A stretch of DNA of 64,000 bases from Lobosporangium transversale. Lineage: Eukaryota. This document shows, piece after piece, positions 1 through 9,480 of this stretch (position 1 is the first letter of the stretch; each line of letters begins with the position of its first letter). The stretch lies in the NCBI RefSeq assembly GCF_002105155.1, contig NW_019029008.1, forward strand, positions 372,001 to 436,000, in the 5' to 3' direction. Position numbers and translations under genes: made by a program. The notes under the pieces were generated by a model. It was not told the DNA's origin. It did not search any database and saw only the letters and a list, made by a program, of their open reading frames with translations.

Positions 1-173
1 TGCGATTTGATCGTTCGCCGAGGGGAGAAAACGTCATTCAACATATGAGGCGCGATAAAGATGCCCCAATCAAGCTCAGTCGTCGCAACTTCATCCTCAA
101 GGACGGCAAGACGGAGGATGAGATGGTTGAATATATCACACGAGTTTTCAACACCCATACCCAGGAGAACTAA
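1..173 (+). CDS. 3' end of an ORF entering the window; weak resemblance to DUF3627/Bro-KilA-type C-termini of large DNA viruses and Polintons
   Basis: Frame from position 3 reads RFDRSPRGENVIQHMRRDKDAPIKLSRRNFILKDGKTEDEMVEYITRVFNTHTQEN* (TAA 171-173). Family resemblance is by eye only. Confidence 0.3.
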   Translation, partial: RFDRSPRGENVIQHMRRDKDAPIKLSRRNFILKDGKTEDEMVEYITRVFNTHTQEN

Positions 174-389
174 ACTGTCCAATAAAGTAATCTTGACATT
201 TCACACAATTTCTTTTTAAAAAGATATTGTGCTGCTGAGGTAAATTGTATTTGTAATGGGTGTTCCCCAGCAATGTGTGTGTTCAGTAGGTGTGCTACGG
301 AGCAGTTTAAGACATCGGTCAATGAGTGTTGTATTCACAACAGGAGGGTCGTCCCAATAATAATCCACCTCAACTCCGGTGAAACATTT

Positions 390-2311
390 ATCCGGTGGGT
401 AGACTTGCAAATGCATTCTGTAAAAGAAAAAAAAAATATTGGAAGTCTACCCACCGCCAAGCCTGGTTCGTGTGCATGCTTTTAATACATAATATTCTCA
501 TTGGAAGGTTTGGTGTCACTGGAGCCAGAGATTTGGAACTAACACCGCTTCTGGTCTGCATTTTTCCTCTATAATTCCTATGGAGATGAAGATGAAGGCA
601 GCCTAGAAGGCGGTCATCCGAATCCAAGTAGTCACCCAAGATCCAAAGAATTGAGCAATATCCAGAAGTTGGCGAAAGGCGCATTGATATCGATGGAAAG
701 ATCTTTGAAATATATTTAAAAAAAGTATGCAGTTTGAGGTAGTGAGGGGGTTGATCTTGTAGTTTTAAACACGTTGATCCAATATAGTTGGACAGATAGC
801 TCGAGAATGGCGGTACATGGCTCACTCCACTTCCACATCCAAGCCAAGATACCAAAGCTCAATTGCCATAACTATGATTCAGGATCTCATCGTCAGCATT
901 GGAAGAGGTGAGTGAATTGTTTAAGAAGGCATCCTGCAGTTTGAAGATACTTCGTGCATGATCCATCTTGACTTTATAACTTGGAGTCAAAACCTGTACA
1001 AGAGTGGCGTTATTACCATCTGGATATTCAAAGCTGTCCTGTGTCCAATGGCTATGATGCGCCTCGGCGGTGATATTGCGCAATGCTACCATGCGTTTGA
1101 TGTTGAGGAGCAAGCAGCACAGCTTGAATTGCAATGAAAAAGTGCTCTTCTCTGAGCTCTTCTCTGAGACTCTATTCACCACAGTGTTGCTGAATTTGTT
1201 GAAGGTGGTCTGCATTTCCCCAAAATAGCTTTCAATCCTTGAGCGAAAGCTGCCAAACATGTCGTTATATCTACTCTCGCTGTCTGTCAATGCAATTCCT
1301 TTGCATTTGCGGATTGGGCAGCTGAAATTTGACGATTTCAATATTCCACTGCCTGTTATAATGCCCTCAATATACTGTGTATAGCCACCATCTAGAGCAA
1401 TGCAATCAAGGGGATGGATCTTCTTCTCAATAGCCATTCTAGAAAGCATGGTTCCATCATTAAAATCGCGGCATTTACCGGGCTGAGATACAAAAACAAC
1501 CATACCATTAATATCGCAGCATACCTGCGTGCGGAATCCTGACTTTTTGAGTTTGTATGAATACATGCTAGCTTTATCTGCATTGATGTAAGCGACTCGG
1601 CTGTCATGACCATCGAGGTGCATCGTGATGTGTTGAATGACTCTGGATTCACATCCCGTGAAGAGAGCAAACGCAGCCTTATGCTTGAACACATACTTGC
1701 CAAATAGGCGGTCAGTTTCCCTTCTAAAACATGTGCCTCCCTGCCAAAAAAAGTCCTTATAGACATCATGAAACGAACTTTTGGGCAAGAATGCACCCAT
1801 CTCACCAGTTGGAATACCTTTCAACAGCATATAAAGTATAAGCACGCCTTTCTCAGCATTCCTGTATGGGCCAGGATAAGGCCTCGTGCCAAAAATCACA
1901 GCCAGGAAAAAGTACACAGGAATGATGCCCAACTTGTTCTGTACAAAGTCTTTGATCTTTCGAATATCTTGTATATCTTTGATCTCAGTACGGTGGAATT
2001 TGTTCCGCTCCACAGTCGGCCATTCCTCGTACAGGAATCCCCACTGCATTGATAACAATTTGTCAAATTCTGCATCCATTATCAAATATCACCAGTACTT
2101 TTATTTGCCTCAATTCATTTTATTATGTTGCTATCTCTAATCATCGCATTTCAAATATTCGTACTGTATATTTTTATGTTAGAATTCTACAGTATAAAAT
2201 TAGGTCGTTCTCACTTTTGGCTACCCGTGCACGGACCAGGCTTAGCGGTGGGTAGACTTCCAATATTTTTTTTTCTTTTATAGAATGCATTTGCAAGTCT
2301 ACCCACCGGAT
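390..2311 (-). mobile_element. PIF/Harbinger (IS5-like) DNA transposon, decayed
   Basis: ~85-bp terminal inverted repeats (390-~475 vs ~2226-2311, ATCCGGTGGGTAGACTTGCAAATGCATTCT...). Flanked by the direct repeat AAACATTT (382-389 and 2312-2319). Encloses a DDE_Tnp_4-like ORF. Confidence 0.85.
859..2085 (-). pseudogene. DDE_Tnp_4 (Harbinger/IS5-type) transposase, probably with two compensating frameshifts
   Basis: Motifs MHLDGHD, YSYKLKKSGFRTQVCCDINGMVVFVS, ALDGGY, PIRK..LT..E..YN...R.RIESYFG match the IS5/PIF-Harbinger catalytic pattern. Confidence 0.8.
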
Positions 2312-2345
2312 AAACATTTTGCTGTGATTTAAACACACAATTTTT

Positions 2346-3070
2346 TTAAATATCAAAGGACATCTGCCGTAGTGAAGCAACCTTTGAGTAGTGCACCAGA
2401 TGATATTTCGCACAGCGTTTGTTGACTCCCACAATCTTAACACCAAGCACATCATGTAAAATATTGTTTAGATACCCTAGTTGGTGTTTGAATATCCAAT
2501 TATTGTGCGTTGGTTTCTTTCTATCCAGTGCTGTGCGAGTGTTATCCATTTCCTTCAAAACGCCTTCCCATATCCTTCTGATTCCTTCTTTGAGAGTCTG
2601 TGCTTGCACAGTATTACTGGCGAATACATCTGTGAATTCACATGATGTCATGATATCCGCTGCATATTGCAATTTGACATATCGCGAGCCTTCAAGATTG
2701 TGATGCACTTTGGTTTTTGGGCATAATCCTAGTCTAGCCTCCTCCCTTTGTCGGACAGCCTCTAGTCTATCTTCCAAAGTGGTGCTATTAGTGGTGTATA
2801 GAGAGCACAGGTTCTTGTAAACGCTTTTCTCTTTCTCATTATCATAATCCTTGACCCACTCAGGCGTCACAATGTCAGGTGTGGTTATATTGTAGGCTTT
2901 CATCAAGCGATATTTAGACACTGCATACTTATCTGCATGTGTGAGCTCAGGCAACTCGCACAACTCAATGAAATCCTCATAGGACAGGCTTCTTGCATTA
3001 GCTATCTGCTGATGGCGCTCATCTTTGATCCTAGCCAGTATTATTTTCTGGGACTTGATAATTGGATGGC
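2346..3070 (-). pseudogene. Truncated fragment resembling the C-terminal part of viral-type replication origin-binding proteins
   Basis: Frame extends upstream of the ORF call: RIKDERHQQIANARSLSYEDFIELCELPELTHADKYAVSKYRLMKAYNITTPDIVTPEWVKDYDNEKEKSVYKNL. Intronless, 5' part decayed. Family call from recalled motif similarity. Confidence 0.4.
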
Positions 3071-3955
3071 CGATAATATTACTGAGTCCTGCTTGAAGAG
3101 AAACCGATCAAACCTCGGAGAAAAGTGACAATATCACATTCCTCTGTTTCATGGTCCCAGGCGACATACACGTCAAGCTTAAGATTCAGAAGCTCGTTAT
3201 CAACAATGGTCAGAATGTTAAAGCAACACCTAGATATTTAAAACATGCGGGACAGTGTGTCATAAAAACTCACATCAATACCGCATATGCAGGAGGACCG
3301 CCGAGGTTCAAGCATGAAGAAAAGAGTCGAATGTCAATCAAGTGAAAGGAATTTTGTCTTGTAATGAAAATACCATATCTATTGAGTATTCTTTACAATC
3401 GTTCATCCTTTATGAACGAAGCCATCACTATCCACTTGCCCTTTAGACAAACGGGATGGCGCTTTTTAATCGGTCCTACACACACACCCAAATCACTAGC
3501 CTCATTTTTACCAATCATCTCTTGTTTCCATCATCTGCATTGCCATCTATTATTCTAACATTTTATTATTCTAACATTTGAATCTACTCCACAATTCTCG
3601 TTTCCATCTCTCTGACCTTATTAAGCACACTATCTTAATTAAAGGTAATTAATTGATTAATTAGAGCATGATGACTCTTTTTACGCGAAATATACCATTC
3701 TTTTTTCTCATTCCTCGTTCGTTCTCAATCAAATCAATATCCTAGTCTGGACTTTGAAAAAAAAAGCCATTTTCTGCGGCGAGAATGGCAGAAAAAAAAG
3801 AGCCTTTCCTGCGGCGTGTTTTCGACTTGGAAACTTTTTCAAATTTAAAAAAAGAGACCTCTAGCCAAAATGTCAAGTTTGGTCCCAGCCTGTGCATGTG
3901 CACATGAACTTCGTCCTCAGGCTGGTGACGAGACTGAGAAATGAGTTCTTTGCGC

Positions 3956-4074
3956 CAGAGGGTCAAGCTTGTCGCTCTTTTTGGCTAGACTCTTTCAAAT
4001 ATAAATGGTTTACTTAACAAAATTCTTATAACTGAAAAGGACTAACCAAAAAGAGTGACAAACTTGACCTTCTG
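3956..4074. mobile_element. 119-bp MITE, copy 1
   Basis: TIR CAGAGGGTCAAGCTTGTCGCTCTTTTTGG ... CCAAAAAGAGTGACAAACTTGACCTTCTG. A near-identical reverse-oriented copy lies at 50746-50864. Confidence 0.8.
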
Positions 4075-4424
4075 CTGCGCACTAAAGATTGTCACGTCAC
4101 AATGACCCAGAAAATGGCACGTGGCTGATTTGAAAAAAATATTTTCTCACACGTCGCCTAACCTTGCTCCTTTCTTTCCTTTGCTCCACTTCATTTTCGC
4201 CACCTTTTTCATATTTCACCACTTACCTCTTTTATTCATTCCAAGCCTTCATCTATTGCCTTTCCTTTCCTTTCCTTTCCTTTTTTTTTTTTTGCCTTAC
4301 ACATTTTTCATTTTTGTTTTCATACAGCGACCACGGGTGATAGAGTAAGAATATACCTTTGCCTATTTAACCATCATTCTCCCTGCATTTCAACCACACT
4401 CAGTCCCACTCATCTTAATTTTCA

Positions 4425-6881
4425 ATGGCCACCACAAGGAGCCAAGCACAAAAAAACATGGCTGCAAATGATTCCACAGAGAGCCAAGCACAAAAAAAAA
4501 TGACAGCAAATAAGCCTGAGGATGCCTCCACACTCAATAAGCGAAAAAGAGTAAACCAGCACCCACAACGAAAAAAGCGCGCCATCCCACTGCTGCTGGT
4601 TCTGAACTGCGTTGTTGAGGGAGAAGCAACGTCGTTCCCAGTAGAGATTTTCTGCGATAAATCGGTCGGGATGCTTAAGCAAGCCATCAAGGTAGCAAAG
4701 AAGCCAGAACTTGATCATGTTGCCGCAGATAAGCTCATCCTCTACAAGGTCTCCATCCCTGACGAAGACAAGACCGTCGTCGAGTCAGAAATCGAGTCAA
4801 AAGAGGCTCTCGTACCCGCGTCAATGGAGCTTGGGGAGATATTTAATTCTGAACTTCCAAGGAAAACGATCCATGTTTTTGTCAAGCCACCGCAGCGAGG
4901 TATGTATTAGCTCTTGACGGACTGATAGTTATATTTTCAATTGATGAAGCTTGTTTGCTTATTTTCATGCCCAACACCATGTGATATCACGCCTTTTTTA
5001 TGTTTGTTTCGTTGTAATACAGCTGTTTTATTTGTTATTGAGATGGATCTCACGTCAGGTTTTTACTTGGGGTATTGATGTGTTTGAGAAAACATAGAGA
5101 TGCAACACTAACATAGTCTTGATACTTTTCGATTTAATAAAACAGGTCAAAAGAGGGGTCGCGACAATTTTGAAGTCGACGAGGGCGACGAAACTTCCTC
5201 CAAAAGACCCAAAGTTGAAGAGGACAACTTAATCAAGGCAATTCGAGCAGCAGGACTTTCCGAAAAAGCCATAGTAGATGGGCGTGCCAACCTTCCTCGT
5301 CTTACAAGTAAAGAGTTGGTTTCGGTGCTTGAGAACATTGGAAGCAGAACATCAGAGGCCAACATCTTCCAAGCAATATCCCGAACAGCTTCCAGGCTAA
5401 AACGTTCATCTTTTGGAAAAGCAGATTATGTGATATCCAGTCCACCAGGGACAAGGCTTCCGGTGATCGATGCGCAAGATCTATATGTAAGAAAGGAATT
5501 CAAGGATCTCTACGATTTAATCACCAAACAGTTTTGCAACGCTGAGGACGATGCACGAAACCGTATTGTTGTTACAGGGACGGCTGGTATAGGGAAGTCA
5601 TCCTTTCTCATATATTTTGCCATCCGACTACTTGCAACCAGTACTGAGGATGATCCACCTATTGTCATCATCCAGCGAAAAGAAGATTCAATGTGCTACG
5701 CTTTTGGTGGGTCATCTACTGTTCAAAATGGAGATATAAAGGATTTCGCCGCCTTCCTAGAGCTACCTAACACTTGGTTCCTAGTCGACAGCTCACCAAA
5801 GCCGGAGCTTATGGAGGCTCGAACTATCTTCTCAGTATCACCAAAGACGTTATTTTCCGAGTCCAACATGTATCAAGAAATTGTAAAGAGGGTGGTATGG
5901 ATTTATTACATGGCACCATGGGAGCTGGATGAGTTAAGACAGTGTAGAAAAATGGTTCGGACCTTTAACATCGTCAGCGAAGAATTTATGATGGAACTCT
6001 ATGAGAAGATAGGTGGTGTGCCAAGGTATGTTCTCGAGAAACCAGCGAGCCGACTGCACTTTAATAAAAAAGATCTTGATGGAGCTAGGAGGGTAGCATA
6101 CAGTCGCGTAGAAGAAGCCCTCGACAACCTCAAGGATCCATTGAAGCTGTTACAATATTTTGAACAGGCCAAAGATTCACTACAATATAGCAGCCGACTT
6201 CTTCATCGTCGTCCAATAGGAGATCACCAGCAATTTGTGTTAGAGTGGGCCTCTAATCACATTCTCGAAAAGGTGTACGAAGCAGCGGACGACAATACTT
6301 TTGATATGATATTGAATCGATTAGTCAATGGCAAAGTTGGAGTAGATCTAGGAGCTATGCTCGAGATATGTATACGTCGCATACTACGGAGAGGCGACTG
6401 TACCTTCGTGGCCAAGAGTCTAGATGTAGAGAAAAAGCAAGATATCACCATCACCATCGATGCCAAGCCGACGGTTAAATTCTTCGAAGCTTTTGATGTT
6501 TACAAGGAATCGATGAAAGGAGAACTATGGATCCCAAAAAGCAAGACTTTTGCCTGCGTTGATATGCTAATAGCGCCGAATTATCTACTCCAGATTACGG
6601 CAAATGTAAAGCATGGTATCAAGAGTGAATCTTGCAAAGAACTTCTTAAAAAGCTTCAAGAAAAAAAGTGGATTCGCTCAGAGAAGGACGTTGTATTTAT
6701 TTTTGTTGTTCCAAAAGCTAAGGCTGAGGAATATAAGAAACAAAAATTCAAGATTGGGGCTGGTCGGGTGGATCCTAAACCGACAAAAGAACTATCAAGT
6801 ATCAAGCAATATGTCATGGGGGTAGACTTAAACGCAGAATTACAGCGAGGTAGACTTGAGGGCAGAACTAAAGCGGTATAA
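4425..6881 (+). CDS. Crinkler (CRN)-family protein: N-terminal ubiquitin-like CRN header + P-loop NTPase + PD-(D/E)XK-like nuclease
   Basis: Exon 1 4425-4899 (LNCVVEGEATSFPVEI...LKQAIK...LILYKV...TIHVFVKPP). Intron 4900-5145 (GTATGT..CTAAC..AACAG). Exon 2 5146-6881 is in frame with ORF 5316-6881. Walker A GTAGIGKS, Walker B WFLVDS, GGVPRY, ACVDMLIAPNYLLQIT. Confidence 0.88.
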
Positions 6882-7203
6882 AATAATAATTTGAGAATAG
6901 TACATCAAACTGCTTCCATAATAATTATAATGTAGAATGACAATATATTCAATAAATAGAAGAATAGAGGCTGGAAGTAACACTGTAGTATTGGGTACCA
7001 GAATAGCCTAAGATGTCTTTGTGACTTGGTAAAAGGAATATTTCCAAGCAACTCTCGAGGCTGAACAGCTTATATTTCATCAGGTTACCAAAATCTCTGT
7101 CTGGATATTTCCTTACCATCCTGTGCTTTTACAGAGACTCTGCACACCAATTTTACCACTCTGCTGATTTTACTGCTACCACTAGATTTACCCGAGAGAA
7201 ATA

Positions 7204-7276
7204 TTTATCTGGTGGGTTGACTCGCAAATGCATTCTATAAAAGAAAATAAAATATTGGGAAGTCTACCCACCGCTA
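7204..7276 (+). repeat. Solo degenerate copy of the Harbinger-element TIR
   Basis: TTTATCTGGTGGGTTGACTCGCAAATGCATTCTATAAAAGAAAATAAAATATTGGGAAGTCTACCCACCGCTA aligns to 387-458 with a few substitutions. Confidence 0.8.
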
Positions 7277-7587
7277 TGCGCATAATACAGGGACTATATC
7301 TATCTCTAATTGACAGACCTTCTCTATCTGACTCAACTTTTTTTGCAACCTCGACTCCGACCCATGTGAACCAATGAATTCATGCCATCTCATCTTTATC
7401 CATCTCATCTCTTTTGTCATCCATCTCGAAATTTATCATGCAACGTTTTGTCACACCGCAGTACTCCCATCTCCATGTGATCAGCTACAGTCATCTTGTA
7501 TTGTATTTTTGCTGAAAGAATTGCTTTTCACCATTTCTCCTCATTACTATTCCAAACAATGACTACCAAGAAGTGCACCAGTATGTA

Positions 7588-8923
7588 CAGTCACCTGAAA
7601 CAAAGATTGGACAAAAAAATAAAATATTGAAATAGTTACGTAGGGAAGCGTTTCCTTCAATCTCTTTCCTTCCTGTTTTTCACATACAAACAGCTTGAGT
7701 AAACCACCATGGCGAGACACTTAGACATTGAGAATAAAGGTATCATCGTTGGAATGCACCTCGCGGGCATGAAGGCTGCGGAAATCGCATTGCAACGCGG
7801 TGTACCCCGAACCTCTGTTATTAATATTATCAGGGTGTACCAAGAAAGAGGCACCACTGCTTGCACTCCGATCCCAGGACGGCCCAAAGTACTAAGTGAA
7901 CGGGACCTCAGGAGCATCGTTCGCCATACTAAGCAGAATAGAAGGTGTACTCTTAATGATATCACTAACCAATTGCCGAACAAAGTTTGCGAGAGGACAG
8001 TTGCGAAGGCATTGCATTCACTGGGTATTTTCAGCCGGATTGCAGTAAAAAAACCATTCTTAAAAGAAGGACATATAAAAAGGAGGCTGCAGTTTGTCAA
8101 AAAATATATGAGTTGGTCCATGGAAGACTGGAATCGGGTAGTTTGGACTGACGAATCATCATTTGAAGTTGGTAAGCATTTTCGTCAAATAAGAGTTTGG
8201 CGTAAAGTAGAGGAAAAGTACGATCATGATTGCCTCGCACCCACTTTCAAAAGTGGTAGAACAACTCTGATGGTCTGGGGGGCGTTCACAGCAACCAGAA
8301 AGTCTCGGTTGGTTGTATTTGAAAGAGGTCGTAAAGATGGACGGTGTTTCGTGGAAGATGTATATCAAGGCGAGCTAGCCAGATTTATGGCTGAGGTAGG
8401 GGATGGCATACTTATGGAGGATAATGCTCCAGTTCATACTTGTAAGATTGCAAAAGAATGGCGCGAAAAAAACAGCATCCCGAGGATTCCAGACTGGCCT
8501 TCATGCTCCCCAGATTTGAACCCTATTGAACATGTATGGTCACTTCTTGCGGATGCACTCGATAGGCGCGCTAAAGGGCCAAGAGATCTTCCCACTCTCA
8601 CACGGGCTCTTATCGAAGAGTGGAATAATTTACCGCAAGAGAGGCTGGCCAGCCTTGTCGCTACCATGCCCGAAAGGCTGGAAGAAGTGAATGGGGTCGA
8701 TGGTAGGAACACTCACTATTGAACCTACATGGCACTTTTGCTACTCTAACAATGCCGTCTTCAAAACCCCAATAAATAACAGTATTGACCTCTTTAGTGA
8801 GCATGTAAAATTTCATGTGTATTGATGAAGTCTTTATGTATGTTGCATATGAGCTGTTTGTCCAGGTTGTTCAAAAAAAAATCAAGAAAATCCATTTTGT
8901 CCAAACTTTATTTCAGGTGACTG
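7588..8923 (+). mobile_element. Tc1/mariner (IS630-Tc1) transposon, apparently intact
   Basis: 29-bp TIR CAGTCACCTGAAA(C/T)AAAG(A/T)TTGGACAAAA with 2 mismatches. TA target duplication at 7586-7587 and 8924-8925. One transposase ORF inside. Confidence 0.95.
7709..8722 (+). CDS. Tc1-like transposase (HTH + DDE_3)
   Basis: GRPK AT-hook-like motif, KKPFL, VWTDES, MVWGAF, EDNAPVH, SPDLNPIEHVW. Uninterrupted 337 aa. Confidence 0.95.
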   Translation: MARHLDIENKGIIVGMHLAGMKAAEIALQRGVPRTSVINIIRVYQERGTTACTPIPGRPKVLSERDLRSIVRHTKQNRRCTLNDITNQLPNKVCERTVAKALHSLGIFSRIAVKKPFLKEGHIKRRLQFVKKYMSWSMEDWNRVVWTDESSFEVGKHFRQIRVWRKVEEKYDHDCLAPTFKSGRTTLMVWGAFTATRKSRLVVFERGRKDGRCFVEDVYQGELARFMAEVGDGILMEDNAPVHTCKIAKEWREKNSIPRIPDWPSCSPDLNPIEHVWSLLADALDRRAKGPRDLPTLTRALIEEWNNLPQERLASLVATMPERLEEVNGVDGRNTHY

Positions 8924-9480
8924 TACCTTTAATTCTTCGCATATTTTTCATTACGCTAGGGCCATTAAGGCTTGCCCTCTTCAGAGATACTAATGTGTAT
9001 GCAATATAATAGCTGGGTTTTAAGTTTGAAGCACATTGAAGAGGTGATAGGCTGGCTCGAAACTGATGCATTCAATGTTGGGACAGAAGCTGTAAAAATA
9101 TCTTGCACAGTCGCATAATTTATTCAGGAGTATAGTGGAGAAGTGAGTGTGGTGGTTGGCATGATTATTGAATGGGGAAAAGAACGAAAAGACAAGAAGA
9201 GGAGGAAAGGAAAGGCAAAAAAACGAGTAGTATTTAAGCAAGGAAAGTGGTAGAAAGTAAGCGCAAAGTCGGGATAGTTTCCTTATAAACTTGCAATTCC
9301 GATAGGAGTCTGCTGCTACTTTACTTCCTTTGGTTCCTTCCTTTTCCTTGACCCCTGCTATATTCGTTTCTCCATCTCCCATAACCTGGCTCACTTCTTT
9401 GGCATCTTACTTTCCTTTAAGTTAATTGGTGTTCCTCCTCCGTTCACAAAATCGATAAAATTATTTTATTAGATACCTAC

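Noticed and set aside
388..855. 155-aa ORF as the Harbinger second (Myb/SANT) protein
   Set aside because: No Trp-spaced Myb pattern, starts at TTG, and runs into the TIR.
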